Source: Gemmatimonadaceae bacterium (GTDB lineage: Bacteria; Gemmatimonadota; Gemmatimonadetes; Gemmatimonadales; Gemmatimonadaceae). From it: a stretch of 64,000 nt of DNA. The translations under genes were made by a program, and so were the position numbers. The stretch is from assembly GCA_033763905.1 (NCBI GenBank), contig JANRJP010000044.1, positions 15,437 to 79,436 on the forward strand. Reading direction: 5' to 3'. The notes beneath the pieces are model-generated. The model was not told the DNA's origin. It made no database searches and saw nothing but the letters and a program-made list of their open reading frames with translations. Shown piece by piece: positions 20,104 to 29,169 of the stretch; position 1 is the first letter of the stretch, and each line of letters starts with the position of its first letter.

Positions 20104-20418
20104 ATGACGTTGCTCGAATCGCTCGTCGCGCTGGTCGTGCTTGGGCTCTCGGCGTTGGGATTTTTGGAGCTGTTCCAGCAAGTCGCCGCCCGCACGGCCG
20201 CAACAGCGGGTCGAGCCGAGGTCTTGGCGATCGCCGAAGCCACGATGGAGCGGGCCTTGAGTGACCGCGCCACGCTGGCCCCCGCGCTGCGCGATTCCGC
20301 CGGATATCGTCAGCGGCTCGATGTGCAGCCGCATCCGACCGGACTGCTCGAGGTCGTGGTGACGGTGGAGCACGCGCGCGACGGACGCGTGACCTTGCAC
20401 CGCTTGGTGGCCCGCTGA
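20104..20418 (+). CDS. gspI: Type II secretion minor pseudopilin (GspI-like)
   Basis: MTLLESLVALVVLG with Glu at +5. Size and position between H and J fit GspI. Confidence 0.65.
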   Translation: MTLLESLVALVVLGLSALGFLELFQQVAARTAATAGRAEVLAIAEATMERALSDRATLAPALRDSAGYRQRLDVQPHPTGLLEVVVTVEHARDGRVTLHRLVAR

Positions 20419-21026
20419 TGCGGCGCCCGCTGCTGCGTCGCCGACCACGGAGGACAGGGCCGCGCGCCTTCACGCTGCTCGAAGTGATGATCGCGCTCGT
20501 CATCACCGGCCTCGTCACCAGCATCGGCTACGCCACGCTCACGAGCGGCTTCGATGTGCAACGGCGCACCGCCGAGGTGCGCGACCGCGTGACGCACCAG
20601 GCCGCGGCGCGGGAGTTCCTGCGCGACGCGCTGCGACACGCCGTCGAAGGCGCGACGGCCGGCGAGGGGTGGCAGCTCGCGACCGACCCGACCGGGCGCA
20701 CCGCGCGGTTTGCGTTTCTCACCCGAGGCATCGGGTCGCGTCGTGGGGCGAGCGGCCAATGGCAGGTGGTGCTGAGTGCGCGCGACAGCGTGCTCTGGCT
20801 GATGGCGACCTCGCTCGAGGCCTCGCTGCCGCCGATCGCGTTCCCGGTGGCGGACGCGACCGCGATGCGCGTCACGGCGATGAGCGTCAGTGATCGTCGT
20901 TGGCAAGCAGGATGGAGCGACGGCACACGGCTACCGTCGGCGATTGCCGTGGAACTGCTTGACGCGGCCGATGCCCCGATCGGCCCGCCCATCATTGCGC
21001 GGCGCCACGCGCTGGAGAGCTGGTGA
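20418..21026 (+). CDS. gspJ: Type II secretion minor pseudopilin (GspJ-like)
   Basis: RA|FTLLEVMIALVI and C-terminal W..RLPSAIAVEL. Confidence 0.7.
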   Translation: MRRPLLRRRPRRTGPRAFTLLEVMIALVITGLVTSIGYATLTSGFDVQRRTAEVRDRVTHQAAAREFLRDALRHAVEGATAGEGWQLATDPTGRTARFAFLTRGIGSRRGASGQWQVVLSARDSVLWLMATSLEASLPPIAFPVADATAMRVTAMSVSDRRWQAGWSDGTRLPSAIAVELLDAADAPIGPPIIARRHALESW

Positions 21027-21790
21027 CGCGCGCGCGGGAGGGCGATCGTCGCGGCGCCACGTTGGTGCTGGTGCTCTGGCTGCTGCTCCTCACCGGCGGC
21101 TTGGCGGCAGGCGTGACGACCGCCGCGCGCAGCGCGACATCGGCGGCCGGTGGCCAGGCGGCGCGGGTGCACGCGCGCTACGCCGCCGAGAGTGGCGTGG
21201 AAGCGGCGGTCGTGACGCTGACTGGCGCGCTGCAGACGAGCGAAGCGAACCCCGTCGCGCGACGCGCGATGGTGTCGCGCCTCGACGAGACGGTGCGCGC
21301 AACCCTCGGCGACTCGATCGCCGTGGGCGCGCACTGGGCGCGGGTGGCGGTCGTCGATGCGTCCGCGCGGCTCGATCTCAACCTGGCCGACTCGGCGTCG
21401 TTGGTGCGCCTGCTGGCGCAGGCGGGTTCCGTGGACGCCGCAGTGCGTACCGTGCGTGCCCTGCGCGAGGCCATTCGGGGGGACGGTCGCGTGGCGCGGC
21501 CACTCACGTCGCTCGATGACGCCACCGCGATTCCCGGCGTGGACATCGCATTGCTCGAACGCGTGGCGTCCGATCTCACCGTCGATGGCGACGGGCAGGT
21601 GAACGTCACCACCGCCTCGCCGGCCGTGCTCGCGGCGGCGAGCGGCGGGCGCGTCGTCGAGCCGACGCGGATTCTGCTCATTGCGCGAGGATGGACGGTC
21701 GGGCATCCTGCGACGGTGGAGATTCAGGCCGTGTACGCTCTCGAGGGCACGCGATTGACGTTGGTGCGCTGGCGGGAACAGGAGCGATGA
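21023..21790 (+). CDS. gspK: Type II secretion protein GspK
   Basis: RRG|ATLVLVLW (no Glu5, as in GspK), ARYAAESG, RLDLNLA and VNVTTA. Confidence 0.75.
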   Translation: MTRAREGDRRGATLVLVLWLLLLTGGLAAGVTTAARSATSAAGGQAARVHARYAAESGVEAAVVTLTGALQTSEANPVARRAMVSRLDETVRATLGDSIAVGAHWARVAVVDASARLDLNLADSASLVRLLAQAGSVDAAVRTVRALREAIRGDGRVARPLTSLDDATAIPGVDIALLERVASDLTVDGDGQVNVTTASPAVLAAASGGRVVEPTRILLIARGWTVGHPATVEIQAVYALEGTRLTLVRWREQER

Positions 21791-22962
21791 TCATCGCCGC
21801 GCTGGTCCTGCAGCACGACGCTCTGCGCGTCGCCATTCGCCAGTCGTCCTGGCGTGGCGCATCGCTGCGCACCCGCACGATCCCGCTGGCGTCCGCCGAC
21901 GAGCCCGCCGCCGTCATCGCGCGACTGGTGGCCGACGAAGGCCCGGCGCGACGCGTGCTGGTCGCCGTGGGGCTGGATCAGCTGCACGTGAAGCAGGTGC
22001 AACTCCCGCCCGTGGCGCGCGACGACAAGCATCGGATGCTGACCGTGGACCCACCGCGCTGGTTCGCGGTACCTCCCGACGCGTCGCTCGCGATCGCGCT
22101 GGCTCCGGGCGATGACGTGGCGTTCGGTGTGTCCGCCGAGTGGCTCGACCGCTGGATCGCCGCCGCCGAGGCCTGGGGCCCCGTCGAACGCGTGGAGGCT
22201 GCACCGCTGGCCTTGGCACGGCAACTCGCCCGTTCCGGCATTCGCGACGGCGTCGTGGCTGTCGACGCCGCGCCCGGCGAGTCGGGGCGGATGACACTCG
22301 TCGCGGGACGCGTCACGCAGGTGCGGCGCAGCGTGCACGCGTCGGGTGCCGCGAGCGGCACCACCGAGCCGCTGCGCGCCGTGCCCGACGACGGGTTCGA
22401 CACCGCACGTGGCCTGCTGGCTCCGCACGCGACGGATCGCGCCGCCGCACTCGAGACGCCGGCCCACGCCGCGCGACTGACGCGCCGGCTCCGGTGGCGA
22501 CTCGGCGTCGCGGTCGCCGCCGCCGCGGCCGCGCTGCTGTTGACCGTCCTGGCCTGGGACAACGCGCGGGCGAGACGGCTCGCGTGGCTCGAGGCTGAAA
22601 TCGCGCGCGCGCGCGTGATCGCGGCGCCCACGCTCGCACAGCTCGACAGTATTCGCGCGCTCGACGCCGAAGTGGCGTTGATCGACGGCGTTGCGTCCAC
22701 CCGCGGCGATGTGCTGGCCCCGCTCGGCGCCCTGAGCGACCAACTCCCGAGCGGCGCGGTGGCGCAACGCATTCGCCTCGCGGCCGGTGAGGGACAGATC
22801 GATGGCAGCGCGCCGTCGGCGGCTCGCGTCCTCGATGCCCTGACCGCCGGCGCCACCTTTCGCAATGTGCGCTTCCTCGGCCCCACCGCGCGCGTCGCCG
22901 GTGGCGAGGCCCGCGGCGCCACCCCTCGCGAGACCTACTCCATTGGCCTTGCGCTTCGCTGA
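21787..22962 (+). CDS. gspL: GspL/PilN-like assembly platform protein
   Basis: Cytoplasmic N-domain, single TM and PilN-like C-terminus (IDGSAPSAARVL..FRNVRF). Synteny supports the call. Confidence 0.6.
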   Translation: MIIAALVLQHDALRVAIRQSSWRGASLRTRTIPLASADEPAAVIARLVADEGPARRVLVAVGLDQLHVKQVQLPPVARDDKHRMLTVDPPRWFAVPPDASLAIALAPGDDVAFGVSAEWLDRWIAAAEAWGPVERVEAAPLALARQLARSGIRDGVVAVDAAPGESGRMTLVAGRVTQVRRSVHASGAASGTTEPLRAVPDDGFDTARGLLAPHATDRAAALETPAHAARLTRRLRWRLGVAVAAAAAALLLTVLAWDNARARRLAWLEAEIARARVIAAPTLAQLDSIRALDAEVALIDGVASTRGDVLAPLGALSDQLPSGAVAQRIRLAAGEGQIDGSAPSAARVLDALTAGATFRNVRFLGPTARVAGGEARGATPRETYSIGLALR

Positions 22963-22966
22963 CCGG

Positions 22967-23527
22967 ATGAATGCTCGCGACCGCCGCGCGCTCCGCTGGG
23001 GCGCGGCCGCGTCTGCGCTGGTGGTGCTGGCCGCCATCGCGCTCCCGCTGGCGCGTCGGGTCGCCGAGCGCGAAGCCCTGATCGACGCGCGCACGACGGA
23101 ACTGGCCCGCCTGCGCGGCGTAATCGCCGATTCCGGCTCGGTGCCCGCTGCGCTGTCGTTGCGACAGACGCGCAACGCGCAGCTCACCCAGCGGCCGATT
23201 CGCAGCGAAACCTTCGCGACCGCCGCCGGCGTGTTGCAGACGCTGTTGCAGCAGTATGCCGACGAGAGCCAACTCACGGTCGCGCAGCTCGATGCCGCCG
23301 GGGCGGCCGACAGCACCTCGAATGGGGCCGCCGCCTTGCCCGCCACGCTCGTCGCAACGGGCGACCTGTACGGGGTGCGCGACCTGCTCTCGCGCCTCGA
23401 GCGCGGCGCGGTGCTGTTGGAGGTCCGTGAGCTGACGGTGCAGGCCCTGCCCGGGCAGCTCGGTGCGTCCGGGCACGAGCGCTTGCAGGTGACGGTCGTC
23501 CTGCGCGCGCCGGTGATGGTCGAATGA
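22967..23527 (+). CDS. gspM: GspM/PilO-like protein
   Basis: MNARDRRAL plus TM, coiled coil and GDLYGVRDLLSRLE..LEVRELTV. Confidence 0.65.
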   Translation: MNARDRRALRWGAAASALVVLAAIALPLARRVAEREALIDARTTELARLRGVIADSGSVPAALSLRQTRNAQLTQRPIRSETFATAAGVLQTLLQQYADESQLTVAQLDAAGAADSTSNGAAALPATLVATGDLYGVRDLLSRLERGAVLLEVRELTVQALPGQLGASGHERLQVTVVLRAPVMVE

Positions 23528-24066
23528 CGCCGCCCGATCGCGTGCGGTGGCTGTGGAGCACGGCGGGCGTCGCCGCCGTCGGCACGCTCGTGGCCCTCGT
23601 CTTCCCCGTGAGTCGCGTGCCGGCCGGCGTCGCGCCGCGCATCGCGCCGCTCAGCACCGATGCGGCTCCGGGCACCTCGATCTCGGCCGTCGCTCCCGAT
23701 GCTGGTGACCCGTTCGTCGCCCGGAATCCGTTTCACCCGAGCCGACGGCCGCCCGCGGAGCGCGAGTTCCTCACGCTGGGCGATACCTTCCCCGAACCGA
23801 GTGCGATGAGTGCCGACAGCGGCGTCGCACCCGATCCCGCAACCGTGGCCGAGCAGGTGCCCGCCTTGTTCGGTATCGTGGACACGCCATCCGGTCGCCG
23901 TGCGTTGCTGCGACTGGACGCCGAGAAGACGCGAGCCGCGCTCTTCGGCGTCGGCGACGGCACGGCGGGGTGGCGGGTGCTGTCGATTGGTCTCGATGCC
24001 GTAACGCTCGAAGGTCCCGAGGGACGGCAGGTGGTCTCGCTGTCGTCCCGTCTCCGACTTCCCTGA
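23524..24066 (+). CDS. Hypothetical T2SS accessory protein (GspC/PilP-like position)
   Basis: N-terminal TM, RNPF motif and a beta-rich C-terminal domain (LFGIV..GWRVLSI..VTLEG), directly before the secretin. Confidence 0.5.
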   Translation: MTPPDRVRWLWSTAGVAAVGTLVALVFPVSRVPAGVAPRIAPLSTDAAPGTSISAVAPDAGDPFVARNPFHPSRRPPAEREFLTLGDTFPEPSAMSADSGVAPDPATVAEQVPALFGIVDTPSGRRALLRLDAEKTRAALFGVGDGTAGWRVLSIGLDAVTLEGPEGRQVVSLSSRLRLP

Positions 24067-25877
24067 TGGCTTTGCTCCTCACGCTTCCCCCTCGCTGTGT
24101 TGCGCGTCGAGGCCTCCTGGCCCTGACGGTGTTGTGCGTCGCGCCTTCGGTCCGTCCGCTCGACGCACAGGCGGCCCCGCCCGCCGCGACGCGCAGCGGG
24201 ACTACCACGCTGCGGTTTCTCGACGCGCGGCTCGACGACGTCATTGCCTCGCTCGGTCAGTTGATGGGGCTCGCGATCATCACGAGCGACATTCCCGACA
24301 AGCGCGTGTCACTGCAAACGCCGGGGCCGGTCCCGCTCAGCTCGCTGGGAGGCGTACTCGAGACGCTGCTCGAGTCGAACGGCCTCGTGCTGGTCCGCAG
24401 CGGCAGCGTCGCGCAGGTGGTGCCAGCGGCGCAGGCCCCGGCCACGGCGGAAGTGGGTGTGGGCTATGACCTGCCCGATCCGCCGCCGCTGGGCCTCGTG
24501 GCGCGGCTGGTGCCGCTCAAGTTCTTGCGGCCCGACGAAGCGATCGCCGCCCTGCGCCCGGTGGCGAGCCAAACCGCTCGCCTCGAAGCCGTCGCACGCC
24601 AGAACGCAATCCTGGTGTCCGATCGCGGCGCCAACGTGGCGCGCTACCTCCAGCTGCTGCAGCGCGTCGACGTTCCCGCGCAGGGCGAAAACGGCCTCCG
24701 GACCTACGTGATCTCGCTCAAGTACGCGGTGGCCGAAGACCTTGCCGCGACGCTGGGCCAACTCTACGGCGTGAATGTGAGCGGCGGCCGGCGCGGATCG
24801 CTCGACGACCGCGCCCTGTCGCGGAGCCTCGAGAACTTCCGGTCGCGGGAATCGGAGACCTTCCGCACCCGGCAGTCACCGACGACCGCCGGTGCGCCCG
24901 CGGCGACGACGGGCGGCGATTCCACTCGTGGGCCGGGTGCCCTGGTCGGCCAGACGACGATCGTCGCCTCGCCACCGGGCAATGCGCTCGTCATTCGCAC
25001 CGCACCGCCGAACATCGCGCTGCTGCGCGAAACCATCGACTCCCTCGACCGTCGGCCGGCGCAGGTGCTGCTCGAAGTCACGGTCGCGGAAGTGAACTTG
25101 GGACGCGGCCTCGAGTACGGCATCGATTGGGCGGCCGCTTCGGCCAACGCGCGTACGCAAGGCGGTGTGCAGTTCGGCACGCCGATCGCGCCCGACTCCT
25201 TCACGGTGATCGACGACGTGCTGGCCAAGGTCACGCGCCTCGGCTCGGTCGATGTGCGCGCCGTCCTGCGGGCCATCTCGTCAACCTCGCAGGTGAAGGT
25301 ACTGAGCACGCCCGAAGTCTTCGCGGTGAACAACCGCGAGGCCCGCATCCTCGTGGGCAGCCGCTTTCCGTTCATCGCGTCGACGCGGCTCGGCAACGAC
25401 GTGTCGATCGATCGCGCCGTGCAGTACGAGCAAGTGGGCACGCAGCTCACGATCGTCCCGACCATCAACGACGACGGCTACGTCAGCGTGCAGTTGCTCC
25501 AGGAAGTGAGCACGCTGACCCAGCAGACCGTCGCCGCCGCGCTCAATGCGCCGGTGATTGCCACGCGCGAAGCCGCCACCCGCGCGATCGTGCGCGACGG
25601 CCAGACGGCGGTCATTGGCGGGCTGATCGGCACCACGGACGAGGTGATCGAAAGCGGCGTCCCGCTGTTGCGCGAGATCCCCCTGCTCGGCTGGCTGTTC
25701 AAGCGCAAGGAGACCAACCGGCAGCGCACCGAGCTCGCGATCTTCATCACGCCGTACATCGTGCGCACGGATGCCGAAGCCGACGCGCTGTTGCAGCGCG
25801 CGCGGCAACGCACGGAGCAACCGGAAGGCGGTGATGCCCGCAACACGCCGCGTCCCGCGCGGCCGCCCAGCCGGTAG
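24066..25877 (+). CDS. gspD: Type II secretion secretin GspD
   Basis: Signal peptide, N domains, QVLLEVTVAEV, VLSTP, GQTAVIGGLI, GVPLLREIPLLGWLFK and ELAIFITPYIV. Confidence 0.92.
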   Translation: MALLLTLPPRCVARRGLLALTVLCVAPSVRPLDAQAAPPAATRSGTTTLRFLDARLDDVIASLGQLMGLAIITSDIPDKRVSLQTPGPVPLSSLGGVLETLLESNGLVLVRSGSVAQVVPAAQAPATAEVGVGYDLPDPPPLGLVARLVPLKFLRPDEAIAALRPVASQTARLEAVARQNAILVSDRGANVARYLQLLQRVDVPAQGENGLRTYVISLKYAVAEDLAATLGQLYGVNVSGGRRGSLDDRALSRSLENFRSRESETFRTRQSPTTAGAPAATTGGDSTRGPGALVGQTTIVASPPGNALVIRTAPPNIALLRETIDSLDRRPAQVLLEVTVAEVNLGRGLEYGIDWAAASANARTQGGVQFGTPIAPDSFTVIDDVLAKVTRLGSVDVRAVLRAISSTSQVKVLSTPEVFAVNNREARILVGSRFPFIASTRLGNDVSIDRAVQYEQVGTQLTIVPTINDDGYVSVQLLQEVSTLTQQTVAAALNAPVIATREAATRAIVRDGQTAVIGGLIGTTDEVIESGVPLLREIPLLGWLFKRKETNRQRTELAIFITPYIVRTDAEADALLQRARQRTEQPEGGDARNTPRPARPPSR

Positions 25878-25884
25878 GCCCTCG

Positions 25885-27363
25885 ATGCGCGACACCGTCG
25901 TCCGCGATCTGCGCGAAGCCGCCGTCGGGCCCTGGGCCCGACGGCTGTCGCCGCGGTACCTATCGGAGCACGTCCTGCTCCCGCTCGGCGCGGATGCCTC
26001 GGGCACGGTGATCGTGGCGGCGGCCGAGCCGCCCGATGCGACGGTGCTCGATGAACTCGCGCGCCTCTTCGGCGCCGGCGTGCGATGGGAAGCGCATCCT
26101 GCGGGCGCCATTCAGGCCGCGATCCTGGCGGCCGAACGCGAGGTGCCGGCCGCGACAGCCGGTGATGCGGCGGACGCACCGCTCGACGACCTGCGTGCGC
26201 TGGCCGCGCAGGAGCCGGTGATTCGGCTGGTGAACGTGACGCTCCTCGACGCCTTCACCGCTGGCGCGAGCGACGTGCACATCGAGCCCGGCGCCGACGA
26301 CCTGCGGGTCCGCGTGCGGCTCGACGGCGTACTTCGCGAGATGACCCGCATCGGCAAGCAGCATCAGGCGGCCGTGTTGTCCCGCATCAAGATTATGGCG
26401 GGACTCGACATCGCCGAACGCCGACGCGCGCAGGACGGGCGGTTGCGGATTCGTGTGGCCGAGCGCGATGTGGACCTGCGCGTGTCGACGCTGCCGGGAC
26501 TCCACGGCGAAGGCATCGTCCTGCGGCTCTTGGACCCCGGCACGACCACGCCCGACCTGGGCACCTTGGGAATGCCGGCCGCGGTGCGGTCCGGCGTGGA
26601 GCGCGTGCTATCGGGGACTGGCGGGCTGGTGCTCGTGACCGGCCCCACCGGCTCGGGCAAGACCACCACGCTCTATGCCGCGCTCGCGCGACGCAACACG
26701 ACCGACGTGAAGATCATCACGGTCGAAGATCCAATCGAGTATCGCATCGCCGGCGTGACGCAGATTCCCGTGAGCCCGAAAGCGGGGATGGGCTTCCCGA
26801 CGGCGCTCCGTGCAATGCTGCGCCACGATCCGGATGTGATTATGGTCGGCGAATTGCGCGATGCCGAGACGGCGTCGATCGCGATTCAAGCGGCGCTCAC
26901 GGGCCATCTGGTCCTGTCGACGCTGCACACGACCGATGCGCCTGGCGCCGTCACTCGGCTGATCGATATGGGGGTCGAGCCCTTCTTGGTGGCGGGCACC
27001 CTGCAGGGCGTGCTCGCGCAGCGTCTGGTTCGTGTGCTCTGCGACGCCTGCGCCGAGTCGCGGCCCGTCACGGCGGCCGAGCGCCAACGGTGGGGCGATG
27101 CGCCCGCCACGCCACGGCGCGCCGTGGGATGCGCGGCCTGTGCCGGCAGCGGGTACAAGGGACGACGCGGGGTGTTCGAATGGCTGGTGCCGGGCGAAAC
27201 CCTCCGCGCGCGGATTGTCGCTGGCGACTCGCCCGACCAACTCCGCGTCCAGGCGCATCGGGACGGAACCGTTCCGCTGGTCCACGAAGCGTGGCGCCTC
27301 GTGCGCGAAGGCATCACCACGCCCGAGGAAGTCGCCCGCGTGATCGGGAGCGACGACGCGTGA
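25885..27363 (+). CDS. gspE: Type II secretion ATPase GspE
   Basis: GPTGSGKTTT, TVEDPIE, LRHDPDVIMVGELRD, TGHLVLSTLHT and a CxxC..CxxC zinc motif. Confidence 0.93.
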   Translation: MRDTVVRDLREAAVGPWARRLSPRYLSEHVLLPLGADASGTVIVAAAEPPDATVLDELARLFGAGVRWEAHPAGAIQAAILAAEREVPAATAGDAADAPLDDLRALAAQEPVIRLVNVTLLDAFTAGASDVHIEPGADDLRVRVRLDGVLREMTRIGKQHQAAVLSRIKIMAGLDIAERRRAQDGRLRIRVAERDVDLRVSTLPGLHGEGIVLRLLDPGTTTPDLGTLGMPAAVRSGVERVLSGTGGLVLVTGPTGSGKTTTLYAALARRNTTDVKIITVEDPIEYRIAGVTQIPVSPKAGMGFPTALRAMLRHDPDVIMVGELRDAETASIAIQAALTGHLVLSTLHTTDAPGAVTRLIDMGVEPFLVAGTLQGVLAQRLVRVLCDACAESRPVTAAERQRWGDAPATPRRAVGCAACAGSGYKGRRGVFEWLVPGETLRARIVAGDSPDQLRVQAHRDGTVPLVHEAWRLVREGITTPEEVARVIGSDDA

Positions 27364-28589
27364 CGTCCGTCGGCGTGCAGGAGCCTCCGCGCTATCGCTA
27401 CCGCGCCGCCACGACCGACGGGGGAATGGTCGAAGGCGTGCTGCAGGCCGCCTCGCGCGAACAGGCGGTGGAGCATTTGCGTCGGCAGCAGTTGGTGCCG
27501 GTGACGGTGGATCTCACCACCCCCGATGCGTCGAGCGGCCGTGGGCTTGGGCTCCTCCGCGGCGGCAGCCGTCGCGACCTCGCCCTGTGGACGCGCACAC
27601 TCGCGACCTTGCTCGCCGCGGGCGCACCGATGGATCGCGCTTTGGCGGTGGCGCGCACGCAGGTATCGCATCCCGGCGTTGCCGCGGCGGCCGACGACAT
27701 TCGGCGACGTGTGGTGGCGGGCACCTCGGTCGGCGACGCGATGCGGGCGCATCCCGAGGTCTTCGCGCCGATGCACGCGGCGATGATCGACGCCGGCGAG
27801 GCCACCGGGGCGCTGGATCGCGCCTGCGAGCTGCTGGCCGACTATCTCGACGAAGACAGCGCGTGGCGCGAGCAGCTGCAGACCGCGTTGCTGTATCCGG
27901 TGCTGATGAGCCTGGTCGCCACGCTCGGGACGCTGGTGCTGTTGCTCGTGGTGGTCCCACGGTTCTCGTCCTTGCTGAGTGACCTGGGCGGTACCTTGCC
28001 CCTCTCGACGCGCGTGCTGGTCGCGGTGGGAACGGCCGTGGCGCAGTGGTGGTGGCTGCTGCTGGTCGGCGCCGTGCTCGTGGTGGCTGGCGGGTCGGCC
28101 TGGCTGTCGACGCCGGCGGTGCGTGCCGCGTTGCACGCGAAGCGACTGTCGTGGCCGGTGATCGGCGACTTCGAGCGGGCGCTCGCGACGGCGCGCTTCA
28201 CGCGAGGCCTGGGCGTGCTGCTCGACGGCGGACTGCCCCTGCTGTCGGCGTGGCGGTTGGCACAGGGTGGCGTGACGAACGTGGCGATCGCTGCGGGACT
28301 GCGCCGCGCCGCCGATGACGTCGGACGCGGGGTGCCGGTGGCCACGGCGACGTCGTCCGTGCTGTCGCCACTGGCGTCGCAGTTGCTCGCGATCGGCGAG
28401 GAAAGCGGTCAGTTGGCCGCCTTGGCCCTGCGCGCCGCCGCGACGCACGAGCGGGCGGTGCAGCGCACGTTGCGCGTCGCCACCGGCCTGATCGAACCCA
28501 CGTTGATTGTCGTCTTTGGCGGTATTGTCGGGCTGGTCGCGCTGGCGATGCTGCAAGCGATCTACGCCGTGAACGCAGGACTCACTTGA
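27360..28589 (+). CDS. gspF: Type II secretion inner membrane protein GspF
   Basis: YRYRA, LATLLAAG, AGEATGAL, ALLYP, IGEESG and LIEP motifs. Confidence 0.92.
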   Translation: MTSVGVQEPPRYRYRAATTDGGMVEGVLQAASREQAVEHLRRQQLVPVTVDLTTPDASSGRGLGLLRGGSRRDLALWTRTLATLLAAGAPMDRALAVARTQVSHPGVAAAADDIRRRVVAGTSVGDAMRAHPEVFAPMHAAMIDAGEATGALDRACELLADYLDEDSAWREQLQTALLYPVLMSLVATLGTLVLLLVVVPRFSSLLSDLGGTLPLSTRVLVAVGTAVAQWWWLLLVGAVLVVAGGSAWLSTPAVRAALHAKRLSWPVIGDFERALATARFTRGLGVLLDGGLPLLSAWRLAQGGVTNVAIAAGLRRAADDVGRGVPVATATSSVLSPLASQLLAIGEESGQLAALALRAAATHERAVQRTLRVATGLIEPTLIVVFGGIVGLVALAMLQAIYAVNAGLT

Positions 28590-28597
28590 GGCCCACG

Positions 28598-29050
28598 ATG
28601 CCCCCTCGTCGTCGCACATCGGGATTCACGCTCATTGAACTGCTGGTCGTCATCGTGGTGCTTGGCCTGCTCGCCGGCCTGATCGGCCCGCAGCTGTTCG
28701 GCCGCGTCGGCGAGGCCCGCACCACGACCGCCAAGACGCAGATGGGATTGCTGGCGGTGGCGCTCGACGGCTATCGACTCGACAACGGGGCGTACCCCAG
28801 CACCGCGCAGGGGCTGGAGGCGCTGTGGACCAAGCCGACGCGAGCGCCGCTGCCGCTGAACTGGAAGGGGCCCTACCTGCGCAAACCCGTGCCGGTCGAT
28901 CCGTGGGGGCGTCCGTACGTCTACGCCGCACCGGTCGCCGGTCCGGAGGGATTCGCGCTGTCGTCGCTTGGCCGCGACGGACAACCGGGCGGCGCGGGCG
29001 AAGACGCCGATATCGCGCACAGCGCCGCGTCGCCGACCCCGCGTCGGTGA
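28598..29050 (+). CDS. gspG: Type II secretion major pseudopilin GspG
   Basis: SG|FTLIELLVV, YRLDNGAYPSTAQGLEAL, WKGPYL, DPWGRPY and SLGRDGQPGG. Confidence 0.95.
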   Translation: MPPRRRTSGFTLIELLVVIVVLGLLAGLIGPQLFGRVGEARTTTAKTQMGLLAVALDGYRLDNGAYPSTAQGLEALWTKPTRAPLPLNWKGPYLRKPVPVDPWGRPYVYAAPVAGPEGFALSSLGRDGQPGGAGEDADIAHSAASPTPRR

Positions 29051-29169
29051 GATCGCGCACCAATCCTGATACAAATGGTGCGTTTTCCCGCCTGAGATGT
29101 GACGGTGCCGCCCGGAATCGCACCCTACAATCACAGCGAGTCCCCACTCGCGAGCTCCCCGGAGGTTGG

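Noticed and set aside
19666..29050. Type IV pilus or competence system instead of T2SS
   Set aside because: Canonical GspG and GspK signatures are present and there is no PilT-like retraction ATPase.
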